This document shows, in pieces, positions 20,396 through 29,040 of a stretch of 64,000 bases of DNA; within the stretch, counting starts at the first letter, position 1, and each line of letters opens with the position of its first letter. The stretch comes from Gammaproteobacteria bacterium (GTDB taxonomy: Bacteria > Pseudomonadota > Gammaproteobacteria > Steroidobacterales > Steroidobacteraceae): assembly GCA_031363155.1 (NCBI GenBank), contig JANLTW010000160.1:4113-68112 (forward strand), read 5' to 3'. Position numbers and translations under genes: made by a program. Below the pieces are notes generated by a model. That model saw nothing but the letters and a program-made list of their open reading frames with translations, made no database searches and was not told where the DNA came from.

Positions 20396-20490
20396 CCTGC
20401 TCCCTACGCCGGTGCTAACCGGATCAGGTTCAACGGGTTTACGGCTTCTGCCGCGTCTCAGGCCCGTTACAGGGCCACCCCAAGGTGTGT
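20396..20490 (-). promoter_or_regulatory. TPP (THI-box) riboswitch
   Basis: The minus strand reads GGGGTGGCC..GGGCCTGAGACG..AAACCCGTTGAACCTGATCCGGTTAGCACCGGCGTAGGGAGC. This matches the conserved THI elements (GGGGUG, CUGAGA, ACCUGAUC-GG-UA--CC-GCGUAGGGA). The terminal GGGAG also serves as the SD about 8 nt before the receptor ATG. Confidence 0.85.
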
Positions 20491-20592
20491 GACGCGATAT
20501 GTTAGCGGACTTACGCGAAAAAGTCGCTCTTAGGGCGGCGCTCTGGTACCCTTCGCGCCCTTTTTTCCTGCGCCAATCGTCCCCAAAAAAGC

Positions 20593-22434
20593 ATGTCAGC
20601 GCCACGCCCAATTCGCAATATCGCCATCATCGCTCACGTCGATCATGGCAAGACCACGCTGGTCGACTGCCTGCTGAAGCAGTCGGGTACCTTTGCGGCG
20701 CATCAACGCATCGCCGAACGGGTCATGGATTCCAATGACATCGAACGCGAGCGCGGCATCACGATCCTCGCCAAGAACTGTGCCGTCGAGTACGGCGACA
20801 CGCGTATCAACATCGTCGACACCCCGGGGCACGCGGACTTCGGCGGCGAAGTCGAACGCGTGCTGTCGATGGTGGACGGCGTGCTGCTGGTCGTCGATGC
20901 GGTCGAAGGACCGATGCCGCAAACCCGTTTTGTCACGCGCAAGGCGCTGGCGTTAGGTCACAAGGCCATCGTCGTGGTCAACAAGGTCGATCGCCCGGGT
21001 GCGCGGCCGGACTGGGTCGTGGACCGGACATTCGAGCTGTTCGACAAGCTCGGCGCCACGGATGCGCAGCTCGATTTTCAGATCATCTATGCATCGGCGC
21101 TCGAGGGCTGGGCCACCAGCAGCCTCGCGACCAGCCCTCGGCCTAACAACATGGAAGCGCTGTTCAACGCCGTGATCGAGCACGTGCCACCGCCGCCGGC
21201 CGAGCCCGATGCGCCGCTGCAGCTGCAGATCTCGACACTGGATTACAACTCGTATGTCGGCCGCATCGGCATCGGCCGCATCCGCCGCGGTACGCTGCGT
21301 CCCGGCATGAATGTCAGCCTGCGTAACGGCGCTGCGGATCTTGGCAGCGGCAAGGTCGCGCAGGTCCTCACTTTCCATGGACTCGAGCGCAAGAGCGTGG
21401 ATGAAGCCAGTGCCGGCGACATCGTCGCGGTCACTGGCATTGAAGATGTAACCATCGGCCTTACGCTCTGCGATCCGCTGGCGCCGTCCGGCCTGCCGCC
21501 GATCCTGGTGGATGAACCCACGCTGGTCATGACATTCCAGGTCAACACCTCGCCGCTCGCGGGCCGCGAGGGCAAATTCGTCACCAGCCGCCAGATTCGC
21601 GACCGCCTGTACCGCGAACTTGAAAGCAATGTCGCACTACGGGTCGAAGATACGGCGGACGCCGACGTATTCCGCGTATCCGGCCGCGGCGAACTGCACC
21701 TGACGATCCTGATCGAAAACATGCGGCGCGAAGGCTACGAGGTCGCGGTCGGCAAACCGCAGGTGCTGCGTCGCGTAATCGACGGCGTGCTGCAGGAACC
21801 GTTCGAAGCGCTGACTGTGGACCTCGCCGAAGAACACCAGGGCGCGGTCATGCAGGAACTGGGCACGCGGCGCGGTGAGTTGTTAGACATGTCGGTCGAC
21901 GGCCAGGGCCGGGCGCGGCTCGACTATCGTGTGCCGGCCCGCGGCCTGATCGGCTTTCACGCTGAATTCCTCACCATGACGCGCGGCACCGGACTCGCCA
22001 GCCACATCTTCGACGGCTATGGCATCGTCAAGGGCGAGATCCCCGAGCGCCACAACGGCGTGCTGATCAGCAACGAAAAGGGCGAAGCGGTCGCCTACTC
22101 GCTGTTCACGTTGCAGGAACGCGGCCGCCTGTTCGTCGAGCACGGTTCCAAGGTCTACGAAGGCATGATCATCGGGATTCACAGCCGCGACAACGACCTG
22201 GTCGTGAATCCGATCAAGACCAAGAAACTCACCAACGTGCGTGCGGCGGGCAAAGACGATGCATTGTTGCTGACGACGCCGATTCCGCTGACGCTGGAAT
22301 ACGCCGTGGAATTCATCAATGATGACGAACTGGTCGAGGTAACGCCGGAATCCATCCGCCTGCGCAAGCGCCAGCTGCTGGAAGCGGATCGCAAACGGAC
22401 CGCGCGCGCTGCGGATTCGGCAATCGCTGTCTGA
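20593..22434 (+). CDS. bipA: Translational GTPase BipA/TypA
   Basis: 613-aa [39 protein letters not shown] and [15 protein letters not shown] are near-identical to the E. coli BipA motifs. Confidence 0.95.
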   Translation: MSAPRPIRNIAIIAHVDHGKTTLVDCLLKQSGTFAAHQRIAERVMDSNDIERERGITILAKNCAVEYGDTRINIVDTPGHADFGGEVERVLSMVDGVLLVVDAVEGPMPQTRFVTRKALALGHKAIVVVNKVDRPGARPDWVVDRTFELFDKLGATDAQLDFQIIYASALEGWATSSLATSPRPNNMEALFNAVIEHVPPPPAEPDAPLQLQISTLDYNSYVGRIGIGRIRRGTLRPGMNVSLRNGAADLGSGKVAQVLTFHGLERKSVDEASAGDIVAVTGIEDVTIGLTLCDPLAPSGLPPILVDEPTLVMTFQVNTSPLAGREGKFVTSRQIRDRLYRELESNVALRVEDTADADVFRVSGRGELHLTILIENMRREGYEVAVGKPQVLRRVIDGVLQEPFEALTVDLAEEHQGAVMQELGTRRGELLDMSVDGQGRARLDYRVPARGLIGFHAEFLTMTRGTGLASHIFDGYGIVKGEIPERHNGVLISNEKGEAVAYSLFTLQERGRLFVEHGSKVYEGMIIGIHSRDNDLVVNPIKTKKLTNVRAAGKDDALLLTTPIPLTLEYAVEFINDDELVEVTPESIRLRKRQLLEADRKRTARAADSAIAV

Positions 22435-22469
22435 TCGACAACCCTGATCGACAACCCTGATCGAATGAG
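22431..22469. repeat. Direct tandem repeat of a 13-bp unit (2 copies plus an 8-bp partial copy)
   Basis: CTGATCGACAACC occurs at 22431-22443 and 22444-22456, followed by CTGATCGA. The first copy contains the bipA TGA stop. Confidence 0.9.
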
Positions 22470-22478
22470 AATCTGCTT

Positions 22479-23381
22479 ATGACACGCAGTGTGCACGTGT
22501 TTCAGATCGACGCCTTCACCCAGCGGCGTTTCACCGGCAACCCCGCCGGCGTCGTGTTAGGTGCCGAGGTCCTGAGCGACGCAGAAATGCTGTTGATCGC
22601 ACGCGAGTTGAACAACGCCGACACGGCATTCGTGCTGCCGGCCGATGGCCCCGATCATGACCTGCGGATCCGGTTTTTCACCCCCAGGACAGAAGCAGCC
22701 TTCGTCGGACATGCGACCATCGCCGCGCAGTTCGTGTTGTCACGGCGAGGCGCCGACGCGCAGCGGCGGCGGCAGAAACAGAAGGCTGGCATCGTCGAAG
22801 TCGAAGTGCGCGGACACGGGCTGGACCGGTCGATCGCGATTCGCCAGCCGGCGCCAGCGATGGGCCGCGAGCTCAACGAGCGCGAACGGCTTGCCGTGTT
22901 AGATGCGCTGGCTCTGTCGAGCGCCGATCTTGATCCGCGCTGCCCGATGCGCATCGCCGGCAGTTCCAGCACGCGGCTGATGATCGGCGTGCGCAGTCAT
23001 GAACAATTGAAACACCTGAAGCCGGATTTCGCGCGCCTCAACACGCTGTCGGCACAACTCGGCGCCGCCGGACATTTCGTTTTTACCTTGCAGGGCGCCG
23101 CTGGTGGCAGCCAGACCGAATCGCGGATGTTCTGCCCGGCGCTGGGTATCCCGGAGGATCCGGTCAGCGGCAACGCGCATGGCATTCTCGGCACCTACCT
23201 TGCGCAGCTGGGGCTGCTCACCGCGGTTGACGGACGGGCCGCGTTGCATGCGACCCAGGGTCATTTCGTCGGCCGGCCCGGCGAAATCGACATCGAGCTG
23301 GAGTTCGATGACATGGGCCCCAGCGCCGTCTGGATCATTGGCCAGGCGGTCGAGATTTTCGAGGCCCACCTGCATCTTTGA
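22479..23381 (+). CDS. PhzF-family isomerase
   Basis: 300-aa ORF with VFQIDAFTQRRFTGNPAGVV and ELNNADTAFVL. Confidence 0.85.
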   Translation: MTRSVHVFQIDAFTQRRFTGNPAGVVLGAEVLSDAEMLLIARELNNADTAFVLPADGPDHDLRIRFFTPRTEAAFVGHATIAAQFVLSRRGADAQRRRQKQKAGIVEVEVRGHGLDRSIAIRQPAPAMGRELNERERLAVLDALALSSADLDPRCPMRIAGSSSTRLMIGVRSHEQLKHLKPDFARLNTLSAQLGAAGHFVFTLQGAAGGSQTESRMFCPALGIPEDPVSGNAHGILGTYLAQLGLLTAVDGRAALHATQGHFVGRPGEIDIELEFDDMGPSAVWIIGQAVEIFEAHLHL

Positions 23382-23396
23382 GAAATCTGGTGACCG

Positions 23397-24713
23397 CTAC
23401 TCTTGCCAGCGAAATCGCCAAATGGCAATCGTCAGGAACAGCAAGGCCGAACCCAGCAGTACCACGGTCGGCATGATGGCCGCGTCGAACGGCAGGCCGC
23501 GCCAGGTCATGCCATCGAAACCGTCCACGGCCCAGCGCGCCGGGCTCAGCCGCGACAGTTGTTGCAGCCAGCCGGGAAATACGAATGCCGGCACCCAGGC
23601 GCCGCCTAACATCACCAGCAGCAGCACAGCCATGGTCGCGAGGCCGCGGGCGGTTGCTGCGCTCTTGCCCAGTGTGGCCAGCATCAGACCGAAGCAGGCA
23701 TTCAGCAGACAAAATGCCACCGCGATGGCGATAAATCCAGGAAGGCTGCCGTCGATTCGCACACCAAATACCAGCATGGCGACGGCATAGACGACCGTCA
23801 GCGTGAACAGGCTGATCAGCATGGTCGCGGTCGCGCGCGCGAACAGGAACTGCGACTTGTGCAACGGCGCCGAGCGGATGCGCTGCCAGATACCGCGACC
23901 CCGCAACAGCAACAGCAGCACTCCGGCATCAATGCCGGCAAACAGGATGAACTGCACCGACATGCCGGCGAAAGAATGCGCGTAACCGTTGTAGGGGATG
24001 TCGTTGCGCGCGGTCATTTGACGGCTGGTCACGGTATAGGGAATGCTGAGTCCGGCGCTTGCGCCGTTGTTAGCAGTCCCGGTTCCGGCTGCAGTCGCAC
24101 CGGCGGCATTGCGTGAATTCCAGCGGCGCGCCGAACGCAGCAGATCGCGCAGCTCGGTTCTATCAGCGCCTTCGCCGGCTTTGGGCTCTCCGAGAGTCCC
24201 CAGAAAATCATCCATCGTGCGCGCACCACCGGCGCCGCTAAAGGCGTCTTTGGATATTTGCTGCATCGCATGCTGGGCTAACAATCCCTGCACGACTTGC
24301 GCGCTGGTGCCCTTGCTCGGGTCGACCAGCAGTTCGATGACGGCCTTGTTCTCGCCGGTAAACAGCGCGCGAGCGCTCTGATCGCCGAAACCCTTTGGCA
24401 GAATGACGGCCGCATCGATTGCACCGGTGCGAACCTGGTTTTCCGCTGCTGCGCGATCTAACGACTGAACATTGACGATCGAATCCAGTTGCAGGCCCTG
24501 CAAAATGGCGCGACTGACGGCGCTCTGGTCTGCATCGACCATCGCAACCGGAATCTTGCCGGCCTCCTTCTTCGAGCCCAGGCCGCCAAACACATAGCCA
24601 AAAAAGGCGGCAATCAGTATCGGCACCAGGATACCAACGAGCATGGCTCGACGATCCGACAGATAAAGGCGAATATCATTGCGGATCAGGGCGGCGATTG
24701 CGTTGCTGTTCAT
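23397..24713 (-). CDS. ABC-2 type transporter permease
   Basis: 438-aa ORF with an N-terminal TM helix, a large extracytoplasmic loop and a C-terminal multi-TM block. It overlaps the ATPase gene by 4 nt. Confidence 0.75.
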   Translation of the reverse strand: MNSNAIAALIRNDIRLYLSDRRAMLVGILVPILIAAFFGYVFGGLGSKKEAGKIPVAMVDADQSAVSRAILQGLQLDSIVNVQSLDRAAAENQVRTGAIDAAVILPKGFGDQSARALFTGENKAVIELLVDPSKGTSAQVVQGLLAQHAMQQISKDAFSGAGGARTMDDFLGTLGEPKAGEGADRTELRDLLRSARRWNSRNAAGATAAGTGTANNGASAGLSIPYTVTSRQMTARNDIPYNGYAHSFAGMSVQFILFAGIDAGVLLLLLRGRGIWQRIRSAPLHKSQFLFARATATMLISLFTLTVVYAVAMLVFGVRIDGSLPGFIAIAVAFCLLNACFGLMLATLGKSAATARGLATMAVLLLVMLGGAWVPAFVFPGWLQQLSRLSPARWAVDGFDGMTWRGLPFDAAIMPTVVLLGSALLFLTIAIWRFRWQE

Positions 24714-25567
24714 GGCGCCGCGCCGGCATCGCTGGCGTCACGCAACGCATGGCCCGTGAGCTGCATGAAAACGTCGTCGAGTTTGGCCCCGCGCTGCTGC
24801 ATTTGAAACCGCTTGCCGAAGCGCACTGCCAGCTCCTGGAGCAGCGCGTCGTCAGCATCGTTGGCGGACAATTCGATCACTGCGTCACGTTTGACAGGCA
24901 ATTGCGCATAAAGCCCCGCAACCGTGTCGTTCGCGACAATTTCGCCGCGATCCATGATGATGATCCGGTCGCAGAGCCGCTCGGCCTCTTCCATGTAGTG
25001 GGTGGTGTAGATCAGCGTCTTGCCCTGACGCTTGAGCGTTTCGATATTGTCGAAAATGGCGTTGCGCGACTGCGGATCGACGCCTACGGTTGGCTCGTCC
25101 ATCAGGATGAGATCGGGATCATGCAGCAGCGCGCAGGCAATGTTGACGCGTCTTTTCATGCCGCCGCTGAAGTTCTTGATCGCTTCGCAACGGCGATCCG
25201 CAAGGCCGACCAGTTGCAAGGCCGCTGTGCCGCGCTGTTCCAGCAACGGGCCGGTCACGCCATACAGGCCGCCAAACAGTTCGATATTGGCCCAGGCGGA
25301 CAATTCCTCGTAGAGCGCGAGGTCCTGGGGCACGAGCCCGACTCGCTGTTTAAGCGCACGGGATTCCGGTGTGATGGCTTGGTTGTTCAGCAGCACGCTG
25401 CCGGCATCGGCCTTGGCGATGCCGCAAATCATGGCAATGGCCGTGGTCTTGCCGGCACCGTTGGGCCCCAGCAGGCCGACTGTCTCGCCCTTGCCGACCA
25501 CGAACGAGATGTCCTTCACAGCACAGCGCGCGCCGAAATTTTTTCGCAGATTTTGAATGACTAACAT
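24710..25567 (-). CDS. ABC transporter ATP-binding protein
   Basis: Walker A GLLGPNGAGKTT, signature FSGGMKRRV and Walker B LILMDEPTVGVD are present. Confidence 0.9.
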   Translation of the reverse strand: MLVIQNLRKNFGARCAVKDISFVVGKGETVGLLGPNGAGKTTAIAMICGIAKADAGSVLLNNQAITPESRALKQRVGLVPQDLALYEELSAWANIELFGGLYGVTGPLLEQRGTAALQLVGLADRRCEAIKNFSGGMKRRVNIACALLHDPDLILMDEPTVGVDPQSRNAIFDNIETLKRQGKTLIYTTHYMEEAERLCDRIIIMDRGEIVANDTVAGLYAQLPVKRDAVIELSANDADDALLQELAVRFGKRFQMQQRGAKLDDVFMQLTGHALRDASDAGAAP

Positions 25568-25574
25568 TGGATAC

Positions 25575-25904
25575 TCATTTTATTTCTCCATTCGCAGGGT
25601 TGACGTTTGCCACCTGGACCAGACTGCCGAGTCGATCGACATAACTGCGAAACGCGCTGCGGCCGACGTCGGTCAGGTAGCAATCAGTGCGCGGCTTGCG
25701 ATCGACAAACTGCTTTTCGGTGCGGATATAGCCCGCTTCTTCCAGCTTGCGCAGATGCGCTCCCAGGTTGCCATCGGTGGCATTGACCTGGCGGCGCAGG
25801 AACGAAAACTCCGCGCGCTCCACCGACGCCAGCACCGCCATGATCGCGAGCCGCAGCCGCGAGTGAATGACGTCGTCAATCAGCGTGTGATCAAATTCGG
25901 CCAC
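25575..25904 (-). CDS. Small winged-helix transcriptional regulator
   Basis: The track ORF is trimmed to the in-frame GTG at 25904, 2 nt after the upstream stop. LRLAIMAVLASVERAEFSFLRRQVNATDGNLGAHLRKLEEAGYI resembles a wHTH. Confidence 0.6.
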   Translation of the reverse strand: MAEFDHTLIDDVIHSRLRLAIMAVLASVERAEFSFLRRQVNATDGNLGAHLRKLEEAGYIRTEKQFVDRKPRTDCYLTDVGRSAFRSYVDRLGSLVQVANVNPANGEIK

Positions 25905-25906
25905 GC

Positions 25907-26503
25907 TCAGACTCCGGCGCGGCGCGCCATCTGGCTCAGCTTGATGCCGGGCAGAACGTAGAGTGCAAATACCAGTACGGCGTAAACCAGAAACACAGTC
26001 GCGCCGTGCACCAGCATCAGCACAATGCTGGCGAGCCACCAGACGAACGCCAGGTTGCGCAGCCATTTGATTCTGGCCAGCGTGCCGGTCAGATAGACGC
26101 CGCTACCTAACAAGGCCGCGGCGGTCGCCGGTATCGCCTGTGGCCGCAACAGCTCATACGACTGGCCAACGAAGAACAGCAAAAGCATCGGCATGCCGAC
26201 CGCGAACCAGACCGCGCCAATTTGCCGGTTGACGCTGTTGCTGACTGGCCGGCGCTTCTGTCCGCGGCTGCGCCAGTACGACAGCAGAAACCCGGCCGCC
26301 AGCGCCAGCACCCAGAGGGTCCAGATCGTGTTCCCGGTCCCGGGAAGATAGCGGTTGGCAATGGCCCAGGTGCCCAGCATGCCGAGGCCGGTGACGGTAC
26401 CCCAAACGACAAACTGATCGCCGCCAGCTTCGGCGAACGTGCTGCTTTCATCCATGATCCTGCGGATAAAAGCGAGATCTTCGGCGGCTTTAGACTCTTC
26501 CAT
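25907..26503 (-). CDS. Integral membrane protein of unknown function
   Basis: The track ORF is trimmed to the ATG at 26503, preceded by AGGAG. About 5 predicted TM helices follow MEESKAAEDLAFIRRIMDES. Confidence 0.6.
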   Translation of the reverse strand: MEESKAAEDLAFIRRIMDESSTFAEAGGDQFVVWGTVTGLGMLGTWAIANRYLPGTGNTIWTLWVLALAAGFLLSYWRSRGQKRRPVSNSVNRQIGAVWFAVGMPMLLLFFVGQSYELLRPQAIPATAAALLGSGVYLTGTLARIKWLRNLAFVWWLASIVLMLVHGATVFLVYAVLVFALYVLPGIKLSQMARRAGV

Positions 26504-26533
26504 GGGGGCAAACTCCTGCGTATACTCTAAATT

Positions 26534-26547
26534 ACAGAGTACTCTGT
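26534..26547. promoter_or_regulatory. Perfect 14-bp palindrome, candidate operator
   Basis: ACAGAGTACTCTGT lies 31-44 bp upstream of the ATG at 26503. A consensus TTGACA hexamer on the minus strand (26558-26563) lies just upstream of it. Confidence 0.45.
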
Positions 26548-26567
26548 TTATAGGGTTTGTCAAGCCA

Positions 26568-27809
26568 TCAAGAGGTGACAGCCTCGCCACCTTCGGGGCC
26601 GTAGAAGAACACCCAGGCGCCAAAGTCGGCGCTGAAGTTTTCGAAGCGGTGCGGCTGGCCGGCTGGCACGACGAGGACCTCGCCAGGCTCGAAGGGCTGG
26701 CGGTTCTCGCCCACCAGAAAATCCCCGCGACCGGACGCAATCACATAGACCTCATCGCGCGCGTGCGGCTGCTGGGTATCAATGCCTGGTGGCTGATAAA
26801 ACTCTACGCTCAGGCTGCCATGACTGAATAGCTCAGCGAAACGGCCATTGCCACGCAGCACGGCCGCGCGTGCGTCGCCCAGCGTCAGGCGCGGCGTTGC
26901 CGCAGCGCCCTGCCCTTGAACCGGCTGCGGGTGTTTGTTAGCAGCAAGCTGGCCTGACAACGGGATTCTGAGAAAGGCCTGCCCGTTCGCATCGGGTTCC
27001 GGCAAGCGGCCGGCGCGCAGATTGACCTGCAGCGACGGCCACAGCAGCGCGGGCACCGCGAGCGTCGCATCGCGAGTCCGCCGCATGTGCACAAACTCCT
27101 GTGCGGTGATGCCGTCGCGCACATGCACATTGCGCGCGCGCTGTTCAGCTACGGTTGTTAGCCAGGAGGCGTTGCGGCCCGCGGGCGGATAATCGTGGCA
27201 AACCCACAACCGGGTATCAGGATCCATGCTCAGCAGGCGCCGAATGGACGCATAGATCCGCGCGGCGTCACCACCCGGGAAATCGCAGCGCGCGCTGCCC
27301 ACGTCTGGCATGAATATCGAATCGCCGACAAAAATATCCGCGCCAATCTGCCAGGCCATGTCTGCCGGCGTGTGCCCCGGCACGGCGAGTGCATTGATGA
27401 CCAGATCCCCGAGCGGCAACTGCTCGCCATCCTGCAACAGCCGATCGAATTGCGAGCCATCGGTGGCCACGGTACCGGTCAGATTCAGGCGCGGCACGAA
27501 CCAGCTCTGGACCTCGCGCACGGCAGCGCCGATCGCGACCGGCGCGCCGGTCTCGCGGCGCAGGAAATCGGCGGCCGTCAGATGATCGGCATGCACGTGG
27601 GTTTCCAGGATCCAGCTAACACGCAGGCTGTTGGCGGCGACAAATTCCAGCAAATTTTGCGCGGACCGGGTGCTGATATGCCCGGAGCGGACATCGAAAT
27701 CCAGCAGCGGATCGATTATGGCAGCCTCGCGGGACACGCGGTCATAAGCGACATAGCTGACCGTCGCCGTTGCCGTGTCAAAAAATGCCTCGATACCTGC
27801 CTGCATCAC
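26568..27809 (-). CDS. MBL-fold hydrolase/dioxygenase fused to a C-terminal cupin domain
   Basis: 413-aa ORF. The N-terminal part has THVHADH, PGHTPADM and CHDYP. The C-terminal part has GEVLVVPAGQPHRFEN, a cupin motif. Confidence 0.7.
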   Translation of the reverse strand: MMQAGIEAFFDTATATVSYVAYDRVSREAAIIDPLLDFDVRSGHISTRSAQNLLEFVAANSLRVSWILETHVHADHLTAADFLRRETGAPVAIGAAVREVQSWFVPRLNLTGTVATDGSQFDRLLQDGEQLPLGDLVINALAVPGHTPADMAWQIGADIFVGDSIFMPDVGSARCDFPGGDAARIYASIRRLLSMDPDTRLWVCHDYPPAGRNASWLTTVAEQRARNVHVRDGITAQEFVHMRRTRDATLAVPALLWPSLQVNLRAGRLPEPDANGQAFLRIPLSGQLAANKHPQPVQGQGAAATPRLTLGDARAAVLRGNGRFAELFSHGSLSVEFYQPPGIDTQQPHARDEVYVIASGRGDFLVGENRQPFEPGEVLVVPAGQPHRFENFSADFGAWVFFYGPEGGEAVTS

Positions 27810-27830
27810 CGTCTCCCGTGAGACGGAATA

Positions 27831-28229
27831 TTAATGCGGTCGCGCCGGCTGGTGCATTTTTTCGAGCCAGTGATCCAAGGGCAACTTCCCTGACCCGAAC
27901 AGGGCGATGGCGCCGACGAGGACCGCCCACAACAGATGCTGGCACAGCGCGCCGAGCCGGCCCCACAAACCCAGCACCGGCAACACCGGAAAGAACGGCT
28001 CGCCGGCGGTGCCGGCCACCGCCGCCACATCCGGCGGCAGCAGCGGCACCTGATATTCGTCGCGAAACAATCCCAGGGTTGATTCCCACGAGGAGAATTT
28101 CAGATACCCGGACTTCAGGAGCACCCAGCTGACGTAGAGCCTGGCAGCCAGCAATGCCGGCGCCTGCAGGGCAGTGAGAATTCGCCCGGCGAATTCATTC
28201 AGGCGCGACACCGGTGACAGCAGGCTCAT
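27831..28229 (-). CDS. DoxX family membrane protein
   Basis: 132-aa ORF with LLAARLYVSWVLLKSGYLKF, a DoxX-like N-terminus, and 3-4 TM helices. Confidence 0.65.
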   Translation of the reverse strand: MSLLSPVSRLNEFAGRILTALQAPALLAARLYVSWVLLKSGYLKFSSWESTLGLFRDEYQVPLLPPDVAAVAGTAGEPFFPVLPVLGLWGRLGALCQHLLWAVLVGAIALFGSGKLPLDHWLEKMHQPARPH

Positions 28230-28330
28230 TTGTTAGCTCCGGAATAATCGATTACACACTCTTGGGCATCGGCGTCAGGCAAAGTGATGAAAAAGGGTCC
28301 AACAGGCAATGGACCGGCCGGCCGGGAGAT

Positions 28331-28861
28331 CTATTTCGCGTTCGACTGCAACGGCTGCAGATCGGCAAAGGCCTGGGCACGCGCCCGGTAACTGGCGGCC
28401 GCGCGGCGGATCATCTGCAATTCGCGTTCGCCCACCGCACGCACGATCCTGCCCGGCGCCCCCATGACCAGCGACCCCTCGGGAATTACCGTGTCGGGTG
28501 TGATCAGGGCGCCCGCGGCAATGACGCAATGAGCGCCGATCCGCGCGCGATCCAGCACCATGGCGCCACTGCCAATCAGCGTCTCATCGCCAACGGTGCA
28601 GCGGTGCAGCAGCGCCTGATGACCGATGGTCACGTTAGCTGCGATGTGCGTGGGGAACCCTTCGTCGGTGTGTATCACCGTGCCATCCTGCACATTGCTG
28701 CCGTCACCGATCACGATCCAGTCGTTATCCCCGCGGATGACCGCGCCGAACCAGATGCTGGCCTCGATGCCGAGCCGCACCGATCCAATGACATCGGCAC
28801 TGGGCGCCACATAGCAGCGTAATCCAAATTCCGGCGTGCGCGCGCCAATCGAATAAAGCAT
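28331..28861 (-). CDS. Gamma-class carbonic anhydrase-like / hexapeptide-repeat (LbH) protein
   Basis: The track ORF is trimmed to MLYSIG... It contains SIWFGAVIRGDN..I.IGDGSNVQDGTVIH and repeated hexapeptide turns. Confidence 0.8.
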   Translation of the reverse strand: MLYSIGARTPEFGLRCYVAPSADVIGSVRLGIEASIWFGAVIRGDNDWIVIGDGSNVQDGTVIHTDEGFPTHIAANVTIGHQALLHRCTVGDETLIGSGAMVLDRARIGAHCVIAAGALITPDTVIPEGSLVMGAPGRIVRAVGERELQMIRRAAASYRARAQAFADLQPLQSNAK

Positions 28862-29040
28862 GCCGCAGATATTAAGCCACGCCGCCTTATTACAGCCACC
28901 TAACAGTGCCGGTTGACGTAAAATGCACGCCCTATGCCTGTACCAGCATTCTTGACGCCGCAATCCTGGCGTATCAACCTGTGGGAGCTGCTGGCCTCGC
29001 CGCCACTTTGGCTGGCTGGCATGATCAGGACACCCGGATC

